This document shows, in pieces, positions 18,604 to 28,133 of a stretch of 64,000 nucleotides of DNA (its first letter is position 1; each line of letters begins with the position of its first letter). The stretch comes from Acidimicrobiia bacterium. GTDB lineage: Bacteria > Actinomycetota > Acidimicrobiia > Spongiisociales > ZC4RG35. The notes below the pieces were generated by a model. The model did not search any database and was not told where the DNA came from. It worked only from the letters and a program-made list of their open reading frames with translations. Where the stretch lies: NCBI GenBank assembly GCA_026002975.1, contig BPGJ01000005.1:74693-138692 (forward strand), read 5' to 3'. The position numbers and the translations under genes are program-made.

Positions 18604-20154
18604 ATGCGACTATTCCGAAGGAGCTCGCCCGAAGTGGTCCGCAAGGGCGAGTCGGACAAGATCGTCGAAGAGCGGAAAGTGTTGCGTATCGGCCGGCAGA
18701 AGGTCGAAGTACGCAAGATCGTCGCTCCCGAACCGAGAGCCGGTAACGGTTCCAAGACCGCCCAGGCACGAACCTCCAAGAAGAGGGATAAGCGGGACCG
18801 CCCCGCCGTAAAGACGACGAGGACCAAGCCGGTTCCTCGAGTCGATGAGGTGATCGTCGCTCCCGAAGCCCCTCGCAAGCAGATGCTCGTGCGGGTCAAG
18901 CCCCATCAGACCCAGGTGGTGATCCTGGAGGGGCCGGTGCTGGTCGAACACTATGTGACCCGTTCCGACCAGAAGTCGATGGTCGGAAACATCTACCTGG
19001 GGAAGGTTCGCAACGTGCTCCCGGGCATGGAGGCGGCCTTCGTCGATTTCGGAGCCGAGAAGAACGGGGTGGTCTACGCGTCCGACGTCAAGGTCGAGGG
19101 CGACACCGGGAAGCGCCACCCGCGCATCGAAGAGGTCTTGAGGGAAGGCGACGAGATCCTCGTCCAGGTGGTCAAGGATCCGATGGGGGCCAAAGGAGCC
19201 CGCCTCACCGGTCTGCCCTCGCTTCCCGGTCGCTACCTCGTGCTGGTTCCCGACTCGGACACCCAGGGTATCTCTCGGCGTCTACCCGAGCAGGAGCGTC
19301 AGAGGCTGAGGGAGATAGTCAACCGGGTGAAACCCGAGGGTATGGGCGTCATCGTCCGCACCGCCGCGCTCCACGCCACCGCCGAAGAGATCGCCGCCGA
19401 CATCGCACGCCTCAAGAAGACCTGGGACCGGATCGTCGAGGATGCGGCGGGAGGAGGGGCGCCGCGGCTGGTGTACGAGGAACCCGACCTCCTCATCCGG
19501 GTGATCAGGGAGCATTTCACACCGGACTTCCGTCGCCTCCTCATCGACGACCGGGAGGCCTACGAGAAGGTGATGGACTACCTCAGGGCCACCGCCCCCG
19601 ACCTCGTCTCCAAGGTCACCTTGTACGAAGACGAGATGCCGCTCTTCGAGCGCTACCACGTCGAAGATCAGCTACGCAAGGCCCTCGACCGTAAGGTGTA
19701 CTTGCCGTCGGGTGGGCATCTGGTCATCGACCGCACCGAGGCCCTGACGGTGATAGACGTCAACACCGGCAAGTTCGTCGGCTCTTCGAGCCTGGAAGAG
19801 ACGGTGCTCCAGAACAACCTGGAGGCTGCCGAGGAGATCGCCCGCCAGCTCCGCCTGAGGGACATCGGCGGGATCATCGTCATCGACTTCATCGACATGG
19901 AGGACACCGAACATCAGCAGATGGTGCTCCGCAAGTTGAAGGAGGCCCTGGCACGGGACAAGACCCGCACCCAGGTCTTCGACGTGTCACATCTGGGGCT
20001 GGTGGAGATGACCCGCAAGAACGTGTCGGCCGGGCTCCTCGAGACCTTCTCCGAGCCGTGTCCTCACTGCGAAGGAAGGGGAATCATCCTCCACGAGGAG
20101 GCGGCCACCCACGCGGTGCCGGTCGGGATGTTCGGCACCGACGACGACGAGTGA
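18604..20154 (+). CDS. rne: ribonuclease E/G family endoribonuclease
   Basis: 516 aa; basic N-terminal extension, S1 domain 'GNIYLGKVRNVLPGMEAAFVDFG', 'VIDVNTGKF', 'IIVIDFIDM', Zn-link 'CPHCEGRG'. Upstream of rplU-rpmA as in other actinobacteria. Confidence 0.9.
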   Translation: MRLFRRSSPEVVRKGESDKIVEERKVLRIGRQKVEVRKIVAPEPRAGNGSKTAQARTSKKRDKRDRPAVKTTRTKPVPRVDEVIVAPEAPRKQMLVRVKPHQTQVVILEGPVLVEHYVTRSDQKSMVGNIYLGKVRNVLPGMEAAFVDFGAEKNGVVYASDVKVEGDTGKRHPRIEEVLREGDEILVQVVKDPMGAKGARLTGLPSLPGRYLVLVPDSDTQGISRRLPEQERQRLREIVNRVKPEGMGVIVRTAALHATAEEIAADIARLKKTWDRIVEDAAGGGAPRLVYEEPDLLIRVIREHFTPDFRRLLIDDREAYEKVMDYLRATAPDLVSKVTLYEDEMPLFERYHVEDQLRKALDRKVYLPSGGHLVIDRTEALTVIDVNTGKFVGSSSLEETVLQNNLEAAEEIARQLRLRDIGGIIVIDFIDMEDTEHQQMVLRKLKEALARDKTRTQVFDVSHLGLVEMTRKNVSAGLLETFSEPCPHCEGRGIILHEEAATHAVPVGMFGTDDDE

Positions 20155-20194
20155 GAGGTATACTGCCCTCCGATCCCCTTTCGAAGGACCAGTC

Positions 20195-20542
20195 ATGTAC
20201 GCGATCATCCGCGCCGGTGGTAAACAAGCCCGGGTACGTCCGGGGGACGTGATCCAGGTCGAACGGATCAAACATCCGGGCGACCGGGTCACCTTCACTC
20301 CGCTCCTCGTGGTGGACGACGACGGGAGGACCATCACCGACCGCGGCGAACTCGGGGAGATCCAGGTGACCGCCGAGGTGCTGGGAGAGACGAAAGGGCC
20401 CAAGCTGGACATCTTCAAGTACAAGGCGAAGACCGGTTACCGCCGTAGGATGGGACACCGGCAGGTGTACACCTCGATCAAGGTGACCTCGATAGACCTT
20501 CCCGACGCAGCCCGACGGGTCGCGACGGAGGAGGAGGAGTAG
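20195..20542 (+). CDS. rplU: 50S ribosomal protein L21
   Basis: 'MYAIIRAGGKQ...KYKAKTGYRRRMGHRQ'. Confidence 0.95.
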   Translation: MYAIIRAGGKQARVRPGDVIQVERIKHPGDRVTFTPLLVVDDDGRTITDRGELGEIQVTAEVLGETKGPKLDIFKYKAKTGYRRRMGHRQVYTSIKVTSIDLPDAARRVATEEEE

Positions 20543-20545
20543 CAG

Positions 20546-20797
20546 ATGTCGAAGACCAAAGCCGGAGGCTCGAGCAGGAACGGGCGGGAGTCCCACGCCA
20601 AGCGCTTGGGACCGAAGGTGTTCGACGGGCAGTCGGTCCAGCCGGGAACGATCCTGGTCAGGCAGCGGGGAACCCGGATCCATCCCGGCGTCAACGTGCG
20701 GCGAGGGTCCGACGACACCCTCTACGCGGTATCGGCCGGCACCGTCAAGTACGCGGTGCGCAACAACCGCCGCCTGGTCGACGTCCTCTCCAGCTGA
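20546..20797 (+). CDS. rpmA: 50S ribosomal protein L27
   Basis: '[20 protein letters not shown]...[15 protein letters not shown]'. Confidence 0.95.
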   Translation: MSKTKAGGSSRNGRESHAKRLGPKVFDGQSVQPGTILVRQRGTRIHPGVNVRRGSDDTLYAVSAGTVKYAVRNNRRLVDVLSS

Positions 20798-20810
20798 CCG
20801 GAACCCGGTC

Positions 20811-22061
20811 GTGTTCGTCGACCGGGTGAGGGTGCATCTCCGTGCCGGGCACGGAGGGGCTGGTGTCGTCGCATTCGAGAAACGGAAGGGCCGTCCCCGA
20901 GGCAGACCCACCGGAGGATCGGGCGGCGATGGCGGCGACGTGATCATCGAAGCCAATCCTTCGATGGCCACCTTGCTCACCTATCGTCGCAACCCCCACC
21001 ACCAGGCGGGACACGGCGGGCACGGTAGCGGAGACACCCGGCAGGGACGGAGGGGAGAGGACCTGATCCTGCCGGTTCCTCTCGGCACACTCGTCTACGA
21101 CGACGCCGGGACCCTGATCGCCGATCTCGTTCGTCCCGGGCAGAGGGTGGTGGTGTTGCGAGGTGGCAGGGGCGGCAGGGGGAACGCCGCCCTGGCTTCA
21201 CCGCAGATGCGGGCCCCGGCCATCGCCGAGCAGGGTGAATACGGACCGGAGGGGTGGTTCGTCCTCGAACTGAAACTGATGGCCGACGCCGCCCTGGTGG
21301 GCTTCCCCAACGCCGGCAAGTCGACCTTCATCTCCCGGGTATCGGCGGCCCGTCCCAAGATCGCCGATTATCCGTTCACCACCCTCGAACCCAGCCTCGG
21401 GGTCGTGGAGGTCGACGGCCGCGAGTTCGTTCTCGCCGACATCCCCGGGTTGATCGAAGGGGCGGCTCAGGGCAAGGGACTGGGCCATGAGTTCCTCCGG
21501 CACGTCGAGCGGGCTCGGGTGCTGGTGTTCCTCCTCGACCCCTCACCGCTCCAGGAGCTCCCGGTGGACGCCCAGTTGGAGGTGCTGGTACGTGAGGTGG
21601 AGTCGTTTTCACCCGACCTGGCTCATCGTCCCCGGCTGGTGGTGATCAACAAAGGGGACCTGCCGGAGGCGGCCGAGGCCCGCCGACGGGTCCCGGACGC
21701 CGAGGTCGTCTCGGGCTTGACCGGAGAAGGGTTGACCCCGGTGCTGCATCGGATCGCGGACCTGGTCGAGGAGGCCGGCAGGTCGGAGCCCCAGCGGGAG
21801 GGCTACGTTCTGCACAGGCCGGTGGGTCCCGGCTTCGAGATACGGAAGGAGGGGGATGTGTGGGTGGTGGACGGCGTCGCCGCTCGGCGGGCCGTCCGCT
21901 TCGCGGACCTGACCCATCCTCAGGCTGCTCGGCTGGCGGCTCGCAGATTGGCGCGCCTGGGAGTCGACCGAGCGTTGGAGAGGGCGGGGGCCGCGCCCGG
22001 CGACCCGGTGAGGATCGGCGACCTCGAGTTCGAATACCTGGCCGACGAGGAGGAGGAATGA
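20811..22061 (+). CDS. obg: GTPase Obg/CgtA
   Basis: 416 aa; Gly-rich Obg fold 'GGSGGDGGDV...GGRGGRGN', G1 'GFPNAGKST', 'DIPGLIEGA', 'NKGD'. Confidence 0.94.
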   Translation: MFVDRVRVHLRAGHGGAGVVAFEKRKGRPRGRPTGGSGGDGGDVIIEANPSMATLLTYRRNPHHQAGHGGHGSGDTRQGRRGEDLILPVPLGTLVYDDAGTLIADLVRPGQRVVVLRGGRGGRGNAALASPQMRAPAIAEQGEYGPEGWFVLELKLMADAALVGFPNAGKSTFISRVSAARPKIADYPFTTLEPSLGVVEVDGREFVLADIPGLIEGAAQGKGLGHEFLRHVERARVLVFLLDPSPLQELPVDAQLEVLVREVESFSPDLAHRPRLVVINKGDLPEAAEARRRVPDAEVVSGLTGEGLTPVLHRIADLVEEAGRSEPQREGYVLHRPVGPGFEIRKEGDVWVVDGVAARRAVRFADLTHPQAARLAARRLARLGVDRALERAGAAPGDPVRIGDLEFEYLADEEEE

Positions 22062-23161
22062 GGCGTCCCACCCCTCCGGGCTCCACCGTGGTGATGAAGG
22101 TCGGCTCGTCGTCGCTGACCCGGGGCGGGGTCGGCATCGACCCCGAGGCGGTGGCTCGCACCGTCGACCAGGTCGAGTCGGCTTGGCGACGAGGACATCC
22201 CACCGTGCTGGTCTCCTCCGGTGCCGTGGCAGCCGGTCTGCCCGCCCTCGGTCTCGACCGTAGACCCAGAGACGTACCGGGCCTCCAGGTGGCCGCGGCG
22301 GTGGGTCAGAGCCGACTCATGGAGAGGTACACCGCCGAGTTCGCCCGGCGGGGACGCATCGCCGGTCAGGTCCTGCTCACCAAGTCGGTCCTCGCCGACC
22401 GGGACCAGTATCTGCACGCCAGGGAGGCTCTCGGACGCATGTTGGCGGAGGGCATAGTGCCGGTGGTGAACGAGAACGACACGGTCGCGGTGGAAGAGCT
22501 CCGCCTGGGTGACAACGACCGGCTGGCTGCCCTGGTGTCACACCTGGTCGACGCCCGGCTCCTCCTTCTCCTCACCGACACGGCCGGTCTGCTCACCGCC
22601 GACCCCAGGAGCTCGCAAAACGCCGAGTTGGTCTCTGCGGTTCGTCACACCGACGAGCTCCTCGATCGTCTCGCCCGGGGGGGTTCCGGGCCGCTGGGCT
22701 CGGGAGGGGTGGCCACCAAGGTGGCTGCTGCCCGGATGGCCGCCTGGTCGGGGATTCCGACGGTGATCGCAGCCGCCGACATCCCCGGGGTCGTGGAGTC
22801 GGTCCTGGCCGGCGAGGAGGTGGGTACCTGGGTCGACCCGCATCCTCAGCGGCTACCCGCTCGCAAACTGTGGATCGCATTCGGTCAGCCTTCGGAGGGG
22901 CGCCTGGTCGTGGACCAGGGAGCGGTGGATGCCCTCCTCGAACGCGGCAAGTCCCTACTGCCCGTCGGGATCGTCCAGATCTTGGGCAGTTTCGGGGCGG
23001 GGGCCGCGGTGGAGATCCAGGGCCCGAGCGGACGGGTGATCGGCAAAGGGCTGACCCGTTACGACTCGGAACGGCTGCGTGGTGTGATCGGGAAACGCAC
23101 CTGGGACGAAGGCATCGAAGAAGCAGTCCACCGGGACGACCTGGTGGTGTTCAAAGGGTGA
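22058..23161 (+). CDS. proB: glutamate 5-kinase
   Basis: ATG 22058 in an ATGA overlap with obg. 'VVMKVGSSSLT', 'VPVVNENDTV', C-terminal PUA-like region. The track ORF start at 21860 lies inside obg. Confidence 0.9.
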   Translation: MRRPTPPGSTVVMKVGSSSLTRGGVGIDPEAVARTVDQVESAWRRGHPTVLVSSGAVAAGLPALGLDRRPRDVPGLQVAAAVGQSRLMERYTAEFARRGRIAGQVLLTKSVLADRDQYLHAREALGRMLAEGIVPVVNENDTVAVEELRLGDNDRLAALVSHLVDARLLLLLTDTAGLLTADPRSSQNAELVSAVRHTDELLDRLARGGSGPLGSGGVATKVAAARMAAWSGIPTVIAAADIPGVVESVLAGEEVGTWVDPHPQRLPARKLWIAFGQPSEGRLVVDQGAVDALLERGKSLLPVGIVQILGSFGAGAAVEIQGPSGRVIGKGLTRYDSERLRGVIGKRTWDEGIEEAVHRDDLVVFKG

Positions 23162-23672
23162 TCGGGTTTCGTCTCCGCCGGTAGAGAACGGACCAGGTTC
23201 CGATCCCTACCGCGGCCAGACCCGCCCCGACCGCCAGCGCAGGAACCGACACTCCCGGGGTGCGGGTTCGACGGGATCCCTCGACCAGCTCCACCGAGAC
23301 GGCCTCCAGGTAGGTCTCTCCCCCTCGCTCCGGGTCGTTGTGATGGAACACACCGGTGATGCGCAAGATCGGTCCCCGGAGCCCGTACCTGCCGGGTGGT
23401 CCCCAGCGGTCGGGTTGGAACAGGGCCACGTCCATCCAGACTCCGATCCCCCGGTTGGGACCACGGGTCAGCCCCGTCTCGACCAGCGGAGCGTCCCGGT
23501 AGGGATCGTCGTTGATCTGGATCCACACCTCGGAGCCGCGGCGGCCATAATCCCCGACCGCTTCCCCCTCGATCGTCACCATCCGGCCGTCGTACCGGTC
23601 CGGCTCCCGGTCGAGGCCGTCCACCCCGACCTGGGGAGCCAGGATCACCGCCAGCAGCAGCAGCGGGATCAT
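23151..23672 (-). CDS. hypothetical extracytoplasmic protein, N-terminal signal/anchor plus C-terminal TM
   Basis: 173 aa; 'MIPLLLLAVILAP' at the N-terminus, beta-rich core, 'VPALAVGAGLAAVGIGTWSVLYRRRR' tail. ATGA overlap with the trkH stop. Confidence 0.6.
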   Translation of the reverse strand: MIPLLLLAVILAPQVGVDGLDREPDRYDGRMVTIEGEAVGDYGRRGSEVWIQINDDPYRDAPLVETGLTRGPNRGIGVWMDVALFQPDRWGPPGRYGLRGPILRITGVFHHNDPERGGETYLEAVSVELVEGSRRTRTPGVSVPALAVGAGLAAVGIGTWSVLYRRRRNPITL

Positions 23673-25159
23673 TCACCCACCAGCCAGGCCGCCGCGAACC
23701 CGGCCAGGGCGAACACCGCGACGAATTCGAGGCGTCCCACCCACATCTGGCCGATCATGGTGAGCTTCAGCAGGAGGGGCATGTCGGGGGAGGTGATGCC
23801 CACCGAGAGACCGACGTTGGCCGCCGCGCTGACCGACTCGAACAGGGCCTGGTCGAGGTCGTAGCCGAGGGCGTAGGCCACCGCGGCTCCCAACAGATAG
23901 AGCCCGACGTAGAGGAGGGAGATGGCCATGACCGACTGGGCCAGTTCGGGGGAGAGCCGGCGATGCCCGTACTGGTAGTACCCGGTGGGGATGACCGTCC
24001 TCTCCGGGAGCAGGACCTCCCGAACCGTGTTGGCCATGGCCTTCAGCGTGAGTCCGATGCGCAGGCTCTTCACTCCGCCGGCGGTGGAGGAGCTCATCCC
24101 TCCCAGGGCCATCGCGACGATCACCCCCAGGTAGGCGAGGCCCGACCATCGTGCCAGCTCGGACGAACTGACCGTGGCGAATCCCGTCCCCGTGTGGGCC
24201 GACACCACGTGGAACAGGGCTCGCCGGGTCAGCGGCCAGGCGCCTTCGAACACGACTCCCAGCCCGACGATGGTCACCGCCAGGATCACCCCGAAGGTTG
24301 CGAGGATGGTCCGTACTTCCAGGTTCTTCCAGAGACCGGGTCGGCGCTGCCACAGGGCGTGGTGGAGGCCGAAACTGAGCGCACCCGCCACCATGAGGAC
24401 CGTGACCGTCGCTTCCCACAAAGGTGAGCGGTAGTAGGCGATGGAGGTGCTCATCGGGCTGAAACCCCCGGTGTCGAACGCCGCCATGAAGATGGTGACG
24501 GCGTGGAACAGGGCCCTGTCCCAGGTGAACCCCTGTGCGAGCACGCCGTCGGCGGTCAGGACGACGATCCCGGCGATCCCATGCACGATGCTGACCAGCC
24601 AGATGAATCGAGCGGTAGAACCGACGCTGGGGAAGATCCGCTCGTCGCGGCCTTCCGCCTGATACAGGGAGCGCACCCCGGCTGCTGCGAAGAACACCAG
24701 GGCTGCCAGCACGATCCCCTGACCCCCCAGGAAATGGAGGGTGTGTCGCCACACGTTGAGGGCCACGGGGAAGTGGTCCAGATCGTTGACGAGGGACAGA
24801 CCGGAGGTGGTGAGGCCGCTCACCGCCTCGAAATAGGCGTCGACCCAGGACGCGAAGTGCCCCGACAGGGCCAGGGGAACGGCCCCCACCGCCGGCACGA
24901 GGAGCCAGGCGAGCGCCACCACCACCATGCCGTGGCTCCAGTCGACCGCGCCCCGGCTTCCCGGCCGCAGAAGCTCGGCCGTCCCCGCCAGGAAAAGGCA
25001 GATCCCGACCATCAACGCCAGGTGGGACACCGCCGACCATTCGCCGACGGCTACACCCCACCCCAGCGGTAGCAGAGCCGCCACCGCCACGACGCCGAAG
25101 ATCCGTCCGAGGTCGAGGGCCACCAGCTTCAGGTCGGCGACCGATGGGCGGAGCAGCAT
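23669..25159 (-). CDS. trkH: TrkH/KtrB-family potassium transporter (copy 2)
   Basis: 496-aa polytopic protein; 'FEAVSGLTTSGLS', 'LHFLGGQGIV', 'AFDTGGFS', 'VSAHTGTGFA', 'SVSAAANVGLS' selectivity-filter-like repeats. Confidence 0.9.
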   Translation of the reverse strand: MLLRPSVADLKLVALDLGRIFGVVAVAALLPLGWGVAVGEWSAVSHLALMVGICLFLAGTAELLRPGSRGAVDWSHGMVVVALAWLLVPAVGAVPLALSGHFASWVDAYFEAVSGLTTSGLSLVNDLDHFPVALNVWRHTLHFLGGQGIVLAALVFFAAAGVRSLYQAEGRDERIFPSVGSTARFIWLVSIVHGIAGIVVLTADGVLAQGFTWDRALFHAVTIFMAAFDTGGFSPMSTSIAYYRSPLWEATVTVLMVAGALSFGLHHALWQRRPGLWKNLEVRTILATFGVILAVTIVGLGVVFEGAWPLTRRALFHVVSAHTGTGFATVSSSELARWSGLAYLGVIVAMALGGMSSSTAGGVKSLRIGLTLKAMANTVREVLLPERTVIPTGYYQYGHRRLSPELAQSVMAISLLYVGLYLLGAAVAYALGYDLDQALFESVSAAANVGLSVGITSPDMPLLLKLTMIGQMWVGRLEFVAVFALAGFAAAWLVGE

Positions 25160-25278
25160 CAGGACACCAGTTCGACCACCCAGGCGACCAGGGTCGCTAC
25201 CGCCACCATCCCCGCGACCACCAACACCTCCACCGCCAGCCCCCTGGCCGCGCCAACCGCCGCCCGAACCACCCTCAC
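25159..25278 (-). CDS. candidate 39-aa hydrophobic micro-protein between trkA and trkH
   Basis: 'VRVVRAAVGAARGLAVEVLVVAGMVAVATLVAWVVELVS'. GTG start overlaps the trkA stop (GTGA). Its TGA overlaps the trkH ATG (TGATG). It exactly fills the otherwise non-coding 115-nt gap. Confidence 0.4.
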   Translation of the reverse strand: MRVVRAAVGAARGLAVEVLVVAGMVAVATLVAWVVELVS

Positions 25279-25988
25279 TCCCGATCCTCCTCGATCTCCA
25301 GCGGGCCGGCGCCGGGAGCGTCGACGGTTCGGCCGTCCAGCTCCCCGAGCAGGCAGTCCCGCACTTCGTCCTCCAGGCTGATCAGGGTGACCACCAGCAC
25401 CCGGTCTCCTGGACGCAGCTCCGACTCGCCGTGGGGTACCACCACCTCGCCGTCTCTCCTTATGGCCACCAGGACGCTGGAGGGAGGCAGGGGAACGTCC
25501 CCCACCTTCCGGACGACGGCCCCTTCGGGTATCTCCACTTCGAACAGGCTCACCTCGCCGCGTCCCAGGAGAGCCACCCTGACCAGCTCCCGCAGGTCCA
25601 TCTCGTGGGAGATCACCTGGACGATGAGGTCGGTCACCGACACCACCGGGATCTCCAGGGCCTCGAAGGTGCGTCGGTTGCGGGGGTCGTTCAATCTGGC
25701 CAATACCCGTTCGATCCCGAACGAGATCCTGGCCAGCTGACACGCCACCAGGTTGTCCTGGTCGGCCCCGGTCAGGGCGAGGAGGAAATCGTCGGGTCTC
25801 AACTCGAGTTCGGTCAGCAGCCGAAGGTCGGTGCCGTCGCCGTTGACCACCAGAGCGTCGCTCTCCTCGGCGAGCTCCCTGGCCCGCTCCTGATCACGTT
25901 CCACCACCACCACCGCGTAACCGCCGGCGCGCAGCTCTCGGGCCAGGAAGGCGCCAACCTTGCCTCCGCCGACGATGACGGTCCTCAT
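25275..25988 (-). CDS. trkA: Trk system RCK subunit (TrkA-N + TrkA-C, 237 aa)
   Basis: 'MRTVIVGGGKVGAFLAREL' Rossmann fold; C-terminal TrkA-C-like 'VLVAIRRDGEVVVPHGESELRPGDRVLVV'. Confidence 0.88.
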   Translation of the reverse strand: MRTVIVGGGKVGAFLARELRAGGYAVVVVERDQERARELAEESDALVVNGDGTDLRLLTELELRPDDFLLALTGADQDNLVACQLARISFGIERVLARLNDPRNRRTFEALEIPVVSVTDLIVQVISHEMDLRELVRVALLGRGEVSLFEVEIPEGAVVRKVGDVPLPPSSVLVAIRRDGEVVVPHGESELRPGDRVLVVTLISLEDEVRDCLLGELDGRTVDAPGAGPLEIEEDRE

Positions 25989-26629
25989 TTGAGCAGATGG
26001 GAGATGCGTGTCTTGACCCCGGTCCGGGCGGCGGCCACCACCAGGTCGTCGGGTTCGAGCTGGAACCGACGACCCGGGATGAAGGTGTGGTCCCCTCGCC
26101 GCACGGCTGCCACCCGAAGCTTGTTCCTTATCTCGAAGGCGCCCACCGTCATTCCCTTGGCTTGCTCCCCGAGATGGAACTCGACGATCTCGACGTCGCC
26201 ATCGGTGAACGCCACGTGGTACTGGAACTCCTCGTCCAACACCTGTTCGTAGAACACGTTGGCGAGCAGTCGGGTCCCCGTTACGTGCCGTATCCCGAGC
26301 GCCCGGTAGGCAGGCTCCCTGGCCGGGTCGTACAGGCGGGCGATGGCCCGTCTGGTGGAGAAGACCCTGGTGGCCACCTCGACCGCCATCAGGTTGGCGT
26401 TGTCCGAGTCGGTGACCGCGCAGAACACGTCGGCCTTGTCGACGCCGGCCTCCTTCAGCACGTCCACGTCGAAGGCTTCCCCCCGAAGGGTGGCGCCGTT
26501 GAACGCCTTACCCAGTCGGTCGAGCGCCGCCTGATCCCGGTCGATGACCGTCACGTCGTGCCCGTCATCGGCCAGCCAGCCGGCCAGGGTGGCTCCTACC
26601 CGTCCGCATCCGGCGATGACGACGTACAT
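25985..26629 (-). CDS. trkA: Trk system RCK subunit (TrkA-N + TrkA-C, 214 aa)
   Basis: 'MYVVIAGCGRVGATLAGWL'; C-terminal 'VAAVRRGDHTFIPGRRFQLEPDDLVV'. ATGA overlap with the next trkA. Confidence 0.88.
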   Translation of the reverse strand: MYVVIAGCGRVGATLAGWLADDGHDVTVIDRDQAALDRLGKAFNGATLRGEAFDVDVLKEAGVDKADVFCAVTDSDNANLMAVEVATRVFSTRRAIARLYDPAREPAYRALGIRHVTGTRLLANVFYEQVLDEEFQYHVAFTDGDVEIVEFHLGEQAKGMTVGAFEIRNKLRVAAVRRGDHTFIPGRRFQLEPDDLVVAAARTGVKTRISHLLK

Positions 26630-26657
26630 TCCGCCGACAAGCTAGTACCGACCGTCG

Positions 26658-28133
26658 TCATCGTCGCCACAGGTCCCGGGTGAACAGGAGCAGGACCGGG
26701 AAGATCTCGAGGCGTCCCACGATCATCACACCCGCCAGCAGCAACTTGCCCAGCCCGGGGATCGCCGCGTAGTTGGCAGCCGGCCCCACGTCCCCCAATC
26801 CGGGTCCGATGTTGCCGAGCGAGGCCGCCACCGCCGAAGCCGTGGTCACCAGGTCCAGCTCCTCCGACAAGTTGGCGTCTATGAACGAGAGCAGGAAGGT
26901 GGAGGTCATGAACACGAACATGTAGAACAGGAAGAAGGACTGGATGCTCTCGACGACGTCGTCTCTCACCCGTTCCCGCCCGAACCGGGTGATGAACACC
27001 CCACGAGGATGGACGATCCGACGCAGGTCGGCGACCGCCGCCTTCGACAGGATCCCCACCCGGAAGGTCTTGACGCTTCCCGCGGTCGAGCCCGCCATAC
27101 CACCGATGAACATCAGTCCCACCAGGAACACCTGGAGGGCGGGCCGCCAACTCCCGAAGTCGGTGGTGGCGAAACCGGTGGTGGTGATGATCGACACCGC
27201 GTTGAAGGCGGCCTCCCGGACGGCCCGTTCCACGCTCTCGCCGGCTTCGAACAGCCCGCCGGCCACGATCAGGACCGCCACCACGCTGATGATGGCGTAC
27301 AGGCGGAACTCGGGATGTTCCAGATAGGAGCGGGGACGACGCAGAGCCCGGAAGTGGAGGGCGAAGGACGCCCCGGCCAGGAACATGAACACGGTTATCA
27401 CCCACTGGGTGTAGGCGCCGAACCCGGCGATCGAGGTGGCTTCGGTGCCGAAACCCCCGGTGGACATGGTGGTGAACGAGTGGGTGACCGCCTGGAACAG
27501 GTCCATGTCGCCGGCCCATAGGAGCAGCGCCTCGAGGGCGGTGAGAGCCGCGTACAGCAGCCACAGCCGGCGGGCGGTCTCCTGGAAGCGGGGGGTGAGA
27601 CGGTCCGGGGTCGGACCGGGCGACTCGGCTCTGGCCAGCTGCACCCCTCCCACACCCAGCAGGGGAAGGATCGCCACCGACAAGACGATGACACCCATAC
27701 CTCCCAGCCACTGGGTGGTGGCCCGCCAGAAGAGCAGACCTCTCGGCAGCTCACCCGGATCGGCCAGGATCGACGCGCCGGTGGTCGTGAAACCGGAGAC
27801 CGTTTCGAAGAAGGCGTCGGTCACCGACGGGATGGCGCCCGAGAACAGATAGGGGAGGGAGCCGAACAGGGAGATCACGAACCAGGCGAGCCCGACGGTG
27901 GCGAAACCCTCCCGGAGGGTGAGCACCGCCGGTCGGCCCAGGAAACGCCACGACACCCAACCGGCTGCCGCCGTGACGGCGGCCGACAGCCCGAGAGCCA
28001 GCGCGGCGTCGACCTCGCCCACCACGATCGACACCCCGGCCGCGGGGAGCATCGCCACCGACGAAGCGATCACGACCGCGCCGATCACGTAGGCGAGACG
28101 ACGCGGCATCTCCCACACCCGGCCGACCGTCAT
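26658..28133 (-). CDS. trkH: TrkH/KtrB-family potassium transporter (copy 1)
   Basis: 491 aa; 'FETVSGFTTTGAS', 'TQWLGGMGVIV', 'TMSTGGFG', 'SIITTTGFAT', 'AASLGNIGPGLG'. Confidence 0.9.
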   Translation of the reverse strand: MTVGRVWEMPRRLAYVIGAVVIASSVAMLPAAGVSIVVGEVDAALALGLSAAVTAAAGWVSWRFLGRPAVLTLREGFATVGLAWFVISLFGSLPYLFSGAIPSVTDAFFETVSGFTTTGASILADPGELPRGLLFWRATTQWLGGMGVIVLSVAILPLLGVGGVQLARAESPGPTPDRLTPRFQETARRLWLLYAALTALEALLLWAGDMDLFQAVTHSFTTMSTGGFGTEATSIAGFGAYTQWVITVFMFLAGASFALHFRALRRPRSYLEHPEFRLYAIISVVAVLIVAGGLFEAGESVERAVREAAFNAVSIITTTGFATTDFGSWRPALQVFLVGLMFIGGMAGSTAGSVKTFRVGILSKAAVADLRRIVHPRGVFITRFGRERVRDDVVESIQSFFLFYMFVFMTSTFLLSFIDANLSEELDLVTTASAVAASLGNIGPGLGDVGPAANYAAIPGLGKLLLAGVMIVGRLEIFPVLLLFTRDLWRR

